A stretch of DNA of 64,000 nucleotides from Eledone cirrhosa. Taxonomy: Eukaryota. The position numbers and the translations under genes were made by a program. How positions within the stretch are numbered: the stretch's first letter is position 1; every line of letters starts with the position of its first letter. Shown here in pieces: positions 29,463 through 43,763 of the stretch. Under the pieces are notes generated by a model that worked only from the letters and a program-made list of their open reading frames with translations, did not search any database and had not been told where the DNA came from. The DNA lies in assembly GCA_964016885.1 (NCBI GenBank), contig OZ024765.1, positions 14,694,001-14,758,000 of the forward strand, given 5' to 3'.

Positions 29463-29672
29463 CTGGGAGTGTAAGGCCCCAAATTGTTGTCACAACACCT
29501 TTCTAGGATAAGGAAACTCTGAAAAAAAATCTGCAGATCCGGCAGCATCCGATGATGTTGACCAGTTCTCCTTTTCGTGTAGTGTTTTCGGTGTTCAGAG
29601 AGTGGGATTGGTCGAGTCAAGGCCTTTCCCCACTTAAAAAACCTTCAATGCTCAGGCATTGCTTGGTCAGGA
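29463..29672 (+). mobile_element. RTE-derived 5'-part fragment
   Basis: Homologous to 28329-28530 and 40452-40660 (ctagga..aggaaactc, tgatgttga, cagagagtggga, caggcattgc). Confidence 0.6.
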
Positions 29673-29689
29673 TATGTTACAGCCTATAT

Positions 29690-31930
29690 ATACAGCCATA
29701 TATAAAAACATATACAACCATATATACAAACATATATACAAAACTATATATACACCATATATACAACGATATATATAATCATATATACAACCATATATAT
29801 AATCATATATACAACCATATATACAACCATATATACACCATATATACAACCATATATACACCATATATACAACCATATATATAATCACATATACAACCAT
29901 ATATACAACCATATATACAACAATATATAGAACGATATATATAACCATATATGCAACCATATATACACCATATATACACCATATATACAACCATATACAA
30001 AACCATATATACACCATATATACAACCATATATACACCATATATACAACCATATATATAATCATATATACAACCATATATAGAACCATATATACACCATA
30101 TATACAACCATATATATAATCATATATACAACCATATATAGAACCATATATACACCATATATACAACCATATATATAATCATATATACAACCATATATAC
30201 AACCATATATACAACCATATAAACAACCATATATACACCATATATATAACCATATATAAACCATATATACAACCTTATATACACCATATATACACCCATA
30301 TATACAACCATATATACACCATATATACACCATATATACACCATATATACACCATATATACAACCATATACAAAACCATATATACACCATATATACAACC
30401 ATATATACACCATATATACAACCATATATATAATCATATATACAACCATATATACAACCATATATATAATCATATATACAACCATATATACACCATATAT
30501 ACACCATATATACAACCAGATATACAACCATATATACACCATATATACAACCATATATACACCATATATACACCATATATACAACCAGATATACACCATA
30601 TATACAACCATATATACACCATATATACACCATATATACAACCATATATATAATCACATATACAACCATATCTAGAACCATATATACACCATATATACAA
30701 CCATATATATAATCATATATACAACCATATATAGAACCATATATACACCATATATACAACCATATATATAATCATATATACAATCATATATACAACCATA
30801 TATACAACCATATAAACAACCATATATACACCATATATATAACCATATATAAACCATATATACAACCTTATATACACCATATATACACCCATATATACAA
30901 CCATATATACACCATATACACACCATATATACACCATATATACACCATATATACAACCATATACAAAACCATATATACACCATATATACAACCATATATA
31001 CACCATTTATACAACCATATATATAATCATATATACAACCATATATACAACCATATATATAATCATATATACAACCATATATACAACCATATATACACCA
31101 TATATACAACCATATATATAATCATATATACAACCATATATACAACCATATATACACCATATATACAACCATATACAAAACCATATATACACCATATATA
31201 CACCATATATACAACCATATACAAAACCATATATACACCATATATACAACCATATATACACCATATATACAACCATATATATAATCATATATACAACCAT
31301 ATATACAACCATATATATAATCATATATACAACCATATATACAACCATATATACACCATATATACAACCATATATATAATCATATATACAACCATATATA
31401 CAACCATATATACACCATATATACAACCATATACAAAACCATATATACACCATATATACAACCATATATACAACCATATATATAATCATATATACAACCA
31501 TATATACAACCATATATATAATCATATATACAACCATGTATATATATATACCATATATACAACCATATATACAACCATATATACACCATATATACAACCA
31601 TATATACACCATATATACACCATATATACAACCAGATATACACCATATATACACCATATATACAACCAGATATACACCATATATACAACCATATATAAAA
31701 CCATATATATAATCACATATACAACCATATATATAGCCATATATACACCATATATACAACCATATATACAACTATATATACAGCCATACATACAACCATA
31801 TATATAATCACATATACAACCATATATACACCATATATACACCATATATACACCCATATATACAAACATATATACACCATATATACACCATATATACACC
31901 ATATATACAACTATATATACAGCCATACAT
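29690..31930. repeat. 2.2-kb satellite of 10-14-bp variants (CCATATATACA(A), TAATCATATATA)
   Basis: Direct reading; higher-order blocks visible. Confidence 0.95.
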
Positions 31931-32066
31931 ACAATCTGTGAGACAGCCTGGGCTACAATATTTCTCTGTTTACATCAATATTTTTACAAGTTCCGCCATA
32001 TTTTATCAGCTGACCTTTAACGGTTCCTATTAAAATCTCACATCCTTTCTACCCCGCCTCTCTCTC

Positions 32067-32157
<91 letters not shown>

Positions 32158-32250
32158 TCTGTGTGTACATTATGTATATATACAATACATATATATATAC
32201 ATAGAGAGATAGAGAGACAGAGAGAGTACATTATATATACAAATATATAA

Positions 32251-32337
<87 letters not shown>

Positions 32338-32463
32338 GTATGTATATATATATAATGTATGTATATATATATAATGTATATATATATATATATATACATT
32401 CATATATATATTTGTATATATATATACATACATATATATGTATTTACACACACGCTCACACAC

Positions 32464-32496
<33 letters not shown>

Positions 32497-32527
32497 TATA
32501 TATATATACATATATACATATAAATAA

Positions 32528-32596
<69 letters not shown>

Positions 32597-33058
32597 TATA
32601 TATATATTTGTATATATAATATACACTTTCATCTCACAGTTACTTCACCTTCTATCTAATCTACACACCCATATCGCCCCGCCATCTTTCTTTTGATAGA
32701 CAGTTCAAAAATATTTCTACGCCATATACACACATGTATTAATGTATATATAGAACTTAAGCACTCAACCCCCAAATCTCTCTCACTCTCTGTCTATATA
32801 TAGACACACACACAATTTCTGTGTGTGTATGTGTGCACAAATATATATATGTGTGTGTGTATATATATATATATATGTGTTTGTGTGTGTATGTGTGTAT
32901 GTGTGCATGCAGCTATCCATATATATAAATATATATATATAATTATATATATACATACATACACATATCTAATCTATCTATCTCTCCATCTATCTATGTA
33001 TCTATGTCTCCCTATATATATATATACTGTATACATAAACATATGCATATATAAACGC

Positions 33059-33093
<35 letters not shown>

Positions 33094-33136
33094 CATTTAC
33101 ACATATGCGCCTACCGCACACACATACACAGACACG

Positions 33137-33231
<95 letters not shown>

Positions 33232-33399
33232 TCATACACATATATATACACACGTATATATGACACAATGAAAATATAGTTTAAAGACGAAAGAGAGAAG
33301 AGAAACGAAGAGGAAGGAGAGACGTAGCAGACGATATCCTTATGACAGACAGATAGACTGAACCAAGCGATAGCACTATATTTCCTGACTAAATGTGCA

Positions 33400-33520
33400 G
33401 AACAGACGACTTATCACGTGACCCATAAACCGGAGAAGAACACCGGAGGTGTATGATTCGTTTGTTATTTATGTTTTACTGTGACGTCACAGTCGTAATT
33501 TCATTTTGAAGTCAGTAGGT
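33400..33520. promoter_or_regulatory. Candidate cis-regulatory island (E-box TCACGTGA 33414; 16-bp palindrome ACTGTGACGTCACAGT with CRE 33478-33493)
   Basis: Motif matches in unique CpG-containing sequence; function untested. Confidence 0.4.
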
Positions 33521-33622
33521 TTATAATATATATTTGATATAAATAAGTTAGATTAAAAGAGGGAAAAAATCAATTCTAAGCCGCAAATAGTTGATAGGTA
33601 ACGTATGTTCATATATACATGC

Positions 33623-33656
<34 letters not shown>

Positions 33657-33737
33657 GTAGATGTATACATACATAGATGCCTACATACATATATTCATAC
33701 ATACACATTTTCATACATACATACCTATATATATATA

Positions 33738-34610
33738 GGATGTGGGTCAGAGAAGTTCCAGGACTGGTGTCACGAAAGGTTTATTTCAAACGCAAACTTC
33801 ACACTAAGAGTTTTCTCCTTCAATGTAACCCCCCTGGAGTCTAAAGCACTTTTGCATCCTTTTCTGCCACGCTTGCATGCACTCCTGGAAGGATTCTTCC
33901 TGAATCCTCCGTATTTCCGTCGTCACGGCCCTTTTGATGTCGTCCACGTCTTCAAAACGGGTCCGCTCCGGGTCGTGCTCGAATACTCGAAGATCCATGA
34001 CTCATCACCGGCGATGACTATCCTTAGCAAGTCTGGTTCGGTTTCAAGACGCTCGAGGATGTCCTGGCACACTTGCATGCGTCGACCCTTCTGGTCATCG
34101 TTCAGCAGTTTTGGCACCATCTTCGCGCAGACTTTCCGCATGTCCAAATCTTCAGTGAGAATCTTCCAGACGCTGTCTCGATTCATGCCCAGCTCATTTG
34201 CCATCAATCGAACAGTCAGCCGACGATCGCTACGCACCGTCTGCCTGATGCGCTCAACGTTGACCCCAGTCCTGGTTGTTGAGGGCCTTCCGCTCCTGGG
34301 GTCATCTTCCACGTCCTCGTGTCCTTCTTTAAACCTCTTGCACCACTCAAAAACAAGTGAGCGTGACATCGTCTCACCTCCATACACTTGCTGCAGCAAC
34401 CCCAGTGCTTCTGATGGAGTTTTCAAGTTGCTCTGTGCTCATTGCTTGACGACCTGAAACAAAGTGTGATCGCTGCAGAGAGCTAACATTACACATTACA
34501 GTTACATACTCCAGGGGGATTACTTTGAAGGAGAAACCTCTTAGTGTGAAGTTTGGGTTTGAAATAAATCTTTTGTGACGTCAGTCCTGGAACTTTTCTG
34601 ACACACCTCG
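33738..34610 (-). mobile_element. Internally deleted mariner (Tc1/mariner) with ~100-bp inverted ends and TA flanks
   Basis: HTH region (VFEWCKRF..G...VEDDPRSGRP), KMVPKLL, IAGDESWIFEY, then jump to C-terminus ..QGGYIEG; ends CGAGGTGTGTCAGAAAAGTTCCAGGACT. Confidence 0.92.
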
Positions 34611-34616
34611 TATATA

Positions 34617-34678
34617 TAGGAAAAGAACCAGGACCCCGACGGCTGAGCTCCGGCCGTTTCGACAGCTAGATCCGAACT
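34617..34678 (-). mobile_element. F1 fragment
   Basis: ggaccccgacggctgagctccggccgtttcgac. Confidence 0.7.
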
Positions 34679-34691
34679 ATATATATATTTT

Positions 34692-34846
34692 CTAAGGCGA
34701 GTAAAATTCCCGAGATCCATGGACGAGTTCTCTCCAGCGGTCTCTGTCCCTCATTATCGCTGCCATGTCCTGCGTCTCCAATAGACCAGTGTCTGTCCTT
34801 AGGGCATCAACATACGTTAACCTTGGTCTTCCTCTTCTAGTGTGTC
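34692..34846 (-). mobile_element. RTE-clade LINE extreme 3' fragment
   Basis: RRGRPRLTYVDALRTDTG...MRDRDRWR. Confidence 0.75.
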
Positions 34847-35047
34847 CATATATATATATATACACACACAAACATATATACATACCTGTATGCATATATG
34901 CATACATACACACATACATAAATATATATGTCCTGTGTGTGTTTGTGTAAGTCTGTGTCCGTGAATCTCGCTGATGTGATTTCAAATATTGAATGGTCCT
35001 TTTTACGATACTAATGCTTACAATTAAATATGTACATATGTGTGTAT

Positions 35048-35114
<67 letters not shown>

Positions 35115-35130
35115 TTGTGAGTGTGTGTGT

Positions 35131-35329
35131 AACAGGTAAACAGAAATAACAACACAATCGGTACAGTATATGGAAGGAATATATTAGGTTAACGCTTGAT
35201 ATAGAAGGAAGAGGGTCTCAACGTTTCGGACACTAGTCCTTCATCAGAAGAAGGAATGAAAAATTAGAAAGATTGAAGGGACAGGTGGGTTGGAATAGGT
35301 AAACAATATTTTTAAAGGAAAATAAAAAA

Positions 35330-35335
<6 letters not shown>
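35131..35335 (-). mobile_element. Family F6 module with HHR at 35216-35251; 3' end abuts (AC)n
   Basis: Reverse complement TCTT|CTGATGA-A-GGAC-tagt-GTCC-GAAA-CG-TT|GAGA. Confidence 0.85.
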
Positions 35336-35362
<27 letters not shown>

Positions 35363-35415
35363 CGATGGAAGTTTGGTAAGGAACCAGGTGGACCATAACG
35401 CACCAGAGTACTCAA

Positions 35416-35481
<66 letters not shown>

Positions 35482-35492
35482 AGAGAAAGTGA

Positions 35493-35876
35493 AAAGGTGA
35501 AATTGGAAATAGCACTGAAAATATATTTAAGGACCTGGTTTTTTTTTTTTCCTCTCTTTGATTCGTTAAAGTAACATTATTGAAAAAACGAGAGGGACAA
35601 TTCTTTTAAAAGAGAGTTTTAAATGTATATAAAGTATATAAAGTATATAAAATATAACCGGTTTCGATGTATCAGTAAAATTCATCTTTTCAAATGTTGA
35701 GTATTACAATTAAAAAGAATTAATAAAAATTAAAAACTAAAAATTAAAAATTAAAAATTAAGTGTTGAGGTCAGTTTTTTCCTCTTCCTTGTGGTTCTTT
35801 CAAAGAAAAGAAAAAACAAAACAAAAAAAACCTACCCTTAAATATATTTTCAGTGCTATTTCCAATTTCACCTTTT
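35493..35876. mobile_element. Module with terminal inverted duplication and internal variant HHR
   Basis: aaggtgaaattggaaatagcactgaaaatatatttaagg mirrored at about 35835-35876; related piece 19686-19772. Confidence 0.7.
35651..35698 (-). ncRNA. Hammerhead variant with U3-A8 core
   Basis: Reverse complement: AACAT|TTGAAAA-GATG-13 nt-CATC-GAAA-CCGG-TT|ATATT. Confidence 0.55.
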
Positions 35877-35914
35877 GTCTATATCCACTGTTTTGTATAT
35901 ATCCTTACTTCCCT

Positions 35915-35994
<80 letters not shown>

Positions 35995-36171
35995 GGGGTA
36001 ACAAATAATAGTTAAATGCAATCCACTTAGGTATAGTCCAGTTATGGTATTCCAGGTAGTGGATGATATTAACGCTTTGCTTGGTTTGACTCAACAAGGC
36101 GTTTTCATAGTGATGCTGCGGGTATGCTGTAATTCCTATGTTGTAAACACTTGGAGTAATAATAAATCTTC

Positions 36172-36205
<34 letters not shown>

Positions 36206-36464
36206 GAAGAGATTGTTTTGGGAAAACAGTTTTTTAGTTTTTTTCGATGTTAGCATTTTCTAACAAACATGACGGCTGGCAAACCCTTCAAGGATCTTAT
36301 ATGTCTGTGGGGCTCACAAGCAAGAGGACGTGTGTTTTTTCCTGCCAGGGACATATCAAACATATCGGAAATTATCTGAGGATACAACAACAAATGCATT
36401 AAGGACATCTCGATTGCATGGAGAACCGAATAAACGATATATATACCAGCACCATCTTATTTTG

Positions 36465-36512
<48 letters not shown>

Positions 36513-36617
36513 AAGCAGTGGAGATATCGGATAAGAAGCACTCTACAGTTTGATGATATTTGTTTTTGAAATGCGTATAATAAAATACATCGAACTCTTT
36601 TAACAATCTTTTGTTCT

Positions 36618-36674
<57 letters not shown>

Positions 36675-36677
<3 letters not shown>

Positions 36678-36959
36678 AACGATCGACTTTCGTCAAATCG
36701 GACCGAGGGAACAATGTTTCCGTTGGTCTTTCCAATTGCTAATACTATCTATCGGTCGCAACTCCAGGTAGAAGGAGCAACGTGAAATAAAGTGTCTTGC
36801 TCAAGGACATAACGCATCGCCTGGTCCATGAATCGAACTCACAACCTTACGATTGCGAATCCAATTCTCTAACCACTCAGCCACACGCCTTCACCTAGCA
36901 ACTGGAAAGACCGACGGAAACATTGTTTCCTCGGTCCGATTTGACGAAAGTCGAACGAT

Positions 36960-36963
<4 letters not shown>
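36675..36963 (-). mobile_element. SINE family A, full length (36675-36892) plus inverted copy of its tail (36895-36963)
   Basis: Head AGGCGTGTGGCTGAGTGGTTAG...GAGTTCGATT; tail duplicated in the opposite orientation. Confidence 0.85.
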
Positions 36964-37016
<53 letters not shown>

Positions 37017-37024
37017 TAAATATA

Positions 37025-37075
<51 letters not shown>

Positions 37076-37387
37076 GCGTGTGTTTGTGTGTGTGTGTGTA
37101 TTGTATGTATGTGTATAGATATATACATACACATCGTACTAACGGCACGAATACCGCAAGGCAACCTATACAACGTTCCAACGACTCCACCAATTCGCCG
37201 CCTAGCAGTGTAATAACGTTTACTAAATCTCTAGTGGACGAGAAAGCAGAGATGACAAACCTTGTTTATTGTGAGAGAGATGAACCCATCTAGTGAGCCA
37301 ATTTAAATAAAGGACGCTGGATAGCTTAACTGGATTGGTCAGGTGATGGGATTTCAAGGGATCTTTAAACAATCAACCAACGACAAA

Positions 37388-38210
37388 CAAGAAGAAGAAG
37401 AAGAAGACGAAGAAGAAGAAGAAAAATGTAAAAGAAGAAATATGTAAAAGAAGAAGAAGAAGAAGAAGAAGAAGAAGAAGAAGAAGAAGAAGAAGAAGAA
37501 AAAATGTAAAAGAAGAAATATGTAAAAGAAGAAGAAGAAGAAGAAGAAATAAGTAAAAGAAGAAGAAGAAGGAGAAGAAGAAGAAGAAGAAGAAGAAGAA
37601 GAAGAAGAAGAAGAAGAAGAAGAAGAAGAAGAAGAAGAAGAAAAAATGTAGAAGAAGAAATATGTAAAAGAAGAAGAAGAAGAAGAAGAAGAAGAAGAAG
37701 AAGAAGAAGAAGAAGAAGAAGAAGAAGAAGAAAAAATGTAGAAGAAGAAATATGTAAAAGAAAAAGAAGAAGAAGAAGAAGAAGAAGAAGAAGAAGAAGA
37801 AGAAGAAGAAGAAGAAAAAATGTAAAAGAAGAAATATGTAAAAGAAGAAGGAGAAGAAGAAGAAGAAGAAGAAAAAATGTAAAAGAAGAAATATGTAAAA
37901 GAAGAAGAAGAAGAAGAAGAAGAAGAAGAAGAAGAAGAAGAAGAAGAAGAAGAAGAAGAAGAAGAAGAAAAAATGTAAAAGAAGAAATATGTAAAAGAAG
38001 AAGAAGAAGAAGAAGAAGAAGAAGAAGAAGAAGAAGAAGAAGAAGAAGAAGAAGAAGAAGAAGAAGAAGAAGAAAAAATGTAAAAGAAGAAATATGTAAA
38101 AGAAGAAGAAGAAGGAGAAGAAGAAGAAGAAGAAGAAGAAGGAGAAAAAGAAGAAGAAGAAGAAGAAGAAGAAGAAGAAGAAGAAGAAGAAGAAGAAGAA
38201 GAAGAAGAAG

Positions 38211-38244
<34 letters not shown>

Positions 38245-38245
38245 C
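37388..38245. repeat. (GAA)n array punctuated about 8 times by aaatgtaaaagaagaaatatgtaaaa, ending in (CAA)n
   Basis: Direct reading. Confidence 0.95.
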
Positions 38246-38456
38246 AAACACGAACACCAGCAACAACAGCAACAACAACAAGGACAACAATTCAGTCAGT
38301 ACACGAACTGTGAAATCTGTATGTTGGTGGAGAGCGAAGATTGATTTGACGACGACAGCAGAAATGAAAATATCCCAGCTAACATAACTTTGTAGTTATA
38401 GGGATCACAACATTTTCTGCTGGTGATTGGGATTGAAATTGATCGATCCCCATCCA

Positions 38457-38644
<188 letters not shown>

Positions 38645-38689
38645 GTGTATATATGTATATATATACATATATATATATACATATATAAA

Positions 38690-38743
<54 letters not shown>

Positions 38744-38747
<4 letters not shown>

Positions 38748-39310
38748 TCACGAGAATCAAAGCTATGTTCAAAGCATTTATTCACTTACAATTGTTTCAT
38801 CCAAACCTAGTCTTGGAGTCTTCGGAGCATTTTTCAATGTTTGTACACATAATTGTCCTCCTTTCCAACGCAAGAGACATACAGATACATAAATATATAT
38901 TGATGTAAAGTGGAGTGACATATATTATACTATCTTATTTCTGTATAGTATTATTATAATATAGTATAATATATGTCACTCCACTTTACATCAATATATA
39001 TTTATGTATCTGTATGTCTCTTGCGTTGGAAAGGAGGACAATTATGTGTACAAATATTGAAAAATGCTCCGAAGACCCCAAGACTAGGTTTGGATGAAAC
39101 AATTGTAAGTGAATAAATGTTTTGAACATAGCTTTGATTCTTGTGAATTCCATATAACTGCTCTGTAGAACAACTGATGTTATTACATTGAGCTATTTGT
39201 CTTACTGGTAATAAGGTAGTAATAAATTACTGACCTTCACTGTTTAGGGTTTAAAATATACATAACTATAACAAGTTTTAGTATATACATAACCATAAAT
39301 AGTATCCTTA
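38744..39310. mobile_element. Family F8 fold-back (~190-bp arms 38744-38932 / 38961-39150) with mirror HHR variants at 38783-38829 (-) and 39065-39111 (+)
   Basis: TGCT|CCGAAGA-c-TCCAAG-actagg-TTTGGA-t-GAAA-CAATTG-TA|AGTG. Confidence 0.8.
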
Positions 39311-39759
39311 ATATTATATATGTATATATATATATATAGTTGTGTATAGTGGTAGCTATGGTGCTTCCATAGGCGGTATGCCAAAATTAGCACTCAATAT
39401 TCATCAGAGTGTAGATATTATAAAGGAAACGAAAAATCAGGGATGCATCTGGACTTATTTTATTTCGTGTTATAAATGTTTCGCCGGCATGTAGCTCGAG
39501 TCATGGTCCTTGTATGGATCTGGCTGATATTACTTCTGCGGGTTCTTTCAGAGACGGGTGTTACGTCCGGAGCAAATTTAATCACTGGGGTGTTATCATC
39601 AAAACAACACCCTAAAAAAAACCCTAATTCCACTCTTGTCATGCAATTGGCTGTTTTTACTCCACGTCATCACAAGTTCTAGTCAGTATCTGCTGCCACA
39701 CAGTTCAGCAACCATTTTCCGTACGACTATATATATATACATCTAGTTTTTCGTCCGAC

Positions 39760-39822
<63 letters not shown>

Positions 39823-40040
39823 TTGCGAGGTTTTTGATATGAAATCGTGTGTCGAAACACACTGTATTTTGTTGGTCAGTCAATGGTAACATTGAGGACC
39901 GAATAAATTATATTAACCGATATAAAAGACACAGAAGCGAAAACCAACCAAACAGTGAGTGTGATGTGCTATTAATTCTGGCAATATTATTACACAAATA
40001 TGACCTTCCCCAAGTATAACAATGTATATATCTATATCTA

Positions 40041-40155
<115 letters not shown>

Positions 40156-40213
40156 GGAGAGAGTGAGAGAGATGTATATATGTATATATATGTTTATATA
40201 TATAAATACACAC

Positions 40214-40249
<36 letters not shown>

Positions 40250-40319
40250 CAATGTATATCAGACTAATAATGCATCAATCATAGGCGAAAATCTGAAATG
40301 AAGGATACAATCATACACG

Positions 40320-40364
<45 letters not shown>

Positions 40365-40392
40365 ACATGTGAGTGTGTATATATACATGAAT

Positions 40393-40448
<56 letters not shown>

Positions 40449-40451
40449 ACT

Positions 40452-40660
40452 GGGAGTGAAGGGTCGCTTTCTCAGGGCATTCTTCTAGGAAAAGGCAACT
40501 CAGGAAACTGGGATAACTCCGATATAAAACCTGCGGCTCAGAAGTTACTGATGATGTTGATATTTTCTTCTTTTCGGGTTATAGCTACTGTCGCTCAGAG
40601 AGTGGGATTGGCTCAGTGCACACTTTAAAAAATATCTTCACGCACAGGCATTGCACGATA
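40452..40660 (+). mobile_element. RTE-derived 5'-part fragment
   Basis: Homology to 29463-29672. Confidence 0.55.
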
Positions 40661-40752
40661 GAATTAATTAATTATTATTAATAATGGTATATCGTGCAAT
40701 GGCCATACTCGATAACGAGGGGGGCAGCCATCATATATATATATATTCATAC

Positions 40753-40787
<35 letters not shown>

Positions 40788-40794
40788 CACATAC

Positions 40795-40835
<41 letters not shown>

Positions 40836-40854
40836 CATATATATACATATATAC

Positions 40855-40887
<33 letters not shown>

Positions 40888-41025
40888 AATGAAAGGTATA
40901 GCAAGTGTTGTAGCAAGAAGTCAACAGTATATACATGCATATATATATATATATATACATACATATATATATATACATACATATATATATATATACATAC
41001 ATATATATATATACATATATATATC

Positions 41026-41056
<31 letters not shown>

Positions 41057-42117
41057 CAAATATATATGTATGTGTATATATTCATTCGTATATATAGCGA
41101 GATATACACATATACACATACACACATGCACCACACACACAAAGTTACTCAGATATAAATCCTTCCCTATGAAAATTACAAACAAAATGAAAAGGTTTTA
41201 CAATGATAGATGTACTGCAAGTCAAGTGCGAACATTTTATATATACATATACATACATATATATACATTTATATATATATAATATACACAAACACAGACA
41301 CACACATATATATATATACAAATATATATATATACATCCATTTATATACATGTTTGTAATATAAATATATATAAATATATATTTGTAATACGTGTATATG
41401 TATATATATATATACATTTACATACATATATATGTATATATATACCGATTGCATACACACACACACACATATATATATATACATATATACACACACAAAA
41501 CATAAACATATATATATATACCGTTTACATACACACACATACACACACACACATATATATATATATATACATATATACACACACAAAACATAAACATATA
41601 TATATATATATCGTTTACATAGACACACATACACATATACATATAAATACACACAAAACATAAACATATATATATATATATATATACCGTTTACATACAC
41701 ACACATATATATATACATATATATACTCACAAAACAAAGATATAGCTATATGTATACATATATATCAAGTTATATACAATATGTATACACAACAATATGG
41801 CGATGTCTTCCTTAATATGGTAGAATGCATTTTTAGAAATGCATTAGTAAAAGGAATAAATATATTTCCATTTACTTTTTTCACTGAGGCCTGTTAGACA
41901 TTTCTGTCAAGAGATTTTATCTGGAGTGGGGCGTGGGTGTGTGTGGGTGGGGATAGGGGCTGAAATAGGCCTCAGAATGGAGACACTTAGAATTATTATT
42001 ATTATTATTATTATTGTTATTATTATTATTATTATTGTTATTATTTTTAGCATCATTATCGTTGTTGTTGTTGTTGTTGTTCCAGTTAATATTATTAATT
42101 GTACAAACAGTCAAAGA

Positions 42118-42151
<34 letters not shown>

Positions 42152-42153
<2 letters not shown>

Positions 42154-42470
42154 TGTTTCTACTTTTTGGCACAAGGCCAGCAATTATCTCAGTGTATTAC
42201 TGGTACTTTATTTTATCGACCCCGTAAGGATGAAAGGCAAAGTTAACCTCGGCGAGATTTGAACTCAGATAATAAAGGGACGTAACTCTATGCTTCAAAG
42301 CATGGTGTCCGACTCTCTACCGATACTGCCAATCCACGGCCCTATTATAATAATTGTTTCTTATATAGGCACATGGAGGGGAAAGTCGATTAAATCGACC
42401 CCAGTGCATGACTGGTACTTTATTTTATCGACCCCGTAAGGATGAAAGGCAAAGTTAACCCCGTAACGAT
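42152..42470 (-). mobile_element. Two SINE family B copies (one full, one partial) at (AAT)n
   Basis: Homology to other copies. Confidence 0.85.
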
Positions 42471-42777
42471 GAAAGGAAGAAAATTAACCGATACCAGGAT
42501 TTAAAGTGTGAGTTTTAAAAGGATTTGGGACTGCCATGAAATCAAGGTCGTCCCTATTGTCATAGGCGCACTAGGTACTATCTCAAAGAGTTTCCAAGGA
42601 TGATTAAAGAAGATTAGTCCAGCCCCGCTTTTTGGAACACTTCAAAAGGCATGTTTGCTGGGAACAGCAAGAACCCCCCGATACGTCCTAAATGTCTGAG
42701 GCTGCAGGTAGTGGCTTGATATTCATTTCAACAAACCTTCCAGTTAACTAACATCAATTACTGAGACTCAAAGAACA
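42470..42777 (+). mobile_element. R4/Dong-type LINE 3' fragment ending in (TAA)n
   Basis: KINRYQDLK...RIWD...IKVVPIVIGALGTI...LQKACLLGTAR...LNV* (frameshifted). Confidence 0.8.
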
Positions 42778-42811
42778 ATAATAATGATAATAATAATACA
42801 AATAATAATAA

Positions 42812-43192
42812 TAATGCTTTCTTTTTTAACCACAAGGGTTTACATAAAGTAGACATTAAGGACAGTACAGGACAATACAGGGCGGTACAAATGGGCATTT
42901 CTGCGTGTAAAAAACAATAAACAGAGGATGTAATAATAGAACAAAGAAAAAAATTCCCCAATAGGGGGGGGGGGAGACTTCCGAGGGACATTCGTGGAGA
43001 AAGCCCATTAAAAAGCCACAGTGACCCTGACCACCAGGGCAAGTGCCCTCTCCCAGTTTTCCACCTTTAATTTACAGACACATACTCAGAGTAGGCCCAT
43101 TCACTCGGGCCATTCTTGCCTCTCTCACCCATCTTTCAACAAAATGGTGGGAAGAGAGGACTTCCCTTTCTACCCTGATTTTTCTTTTCAAA
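42812..43192 (-). mobile_element. L1/Tx1-type LINE 3' fragment in (TAA)n
   Basis: Homologous to 45238-45716. Confidence 0.7.
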
Positions 43193-43568
43193 TGAATAAT
43201 AATAATAACAACAACAACAACAATGATAACGACGACGATGATGATGATGATGATGATGATAATAAAAATCGTAAAACTAACAAAATATGGACGAACATCG
43301 TAGAAGCCTTACCGTCGCTTACATCCTTACAGATGTCAGATATATAGCTCTGCTAGGAATGGCTCACATCCTGACATCCTGTACAAGACTTTATTGATTC
43401 TATAGACCAACTCAGATAGAACAATCTACACATACACACACGTACACTTACACACACATACACACACACACCCACGTACATATACACACAAACATACGTA
43501 CATATACACACACAAACATTCATCCACGTACATACATTTAAACACACATACACACATACATACATATT

Positions 43569-43631
<63 letters not shown>

Positions 43632-43637
43632 GTATAA

Positions 43638-43689
<52 letters not shown>

Positions 43690-43732
43690 GTGTGTGTGTA
43701 TGTGTGGGGGGGTGCTATATGTTTCTCTCTCC

Positions 43733-43763
<31 letters not shown>

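Noticed and set aside
36800-36892. tRNA-like A/B boxes
   Set aside because: SINE heads continuing into SINE bodies, without a full cloverleaf; not tRNA genes.
36901-36960. Possible type-II hammerhead in the SINE A tail (GAAACATTGTT...TTGACGA)
   Set aside because: No stem I; the sequence is better explained as one long hairpin.
39470-39870. Partial HHR-like pieces (minus GAAACATTTA with distant CTGAAAGA; plus GTGTC-GAAA-CACACTG-TA)
   Set aside because: Core incomplete; could be decayed modules but unsupported.
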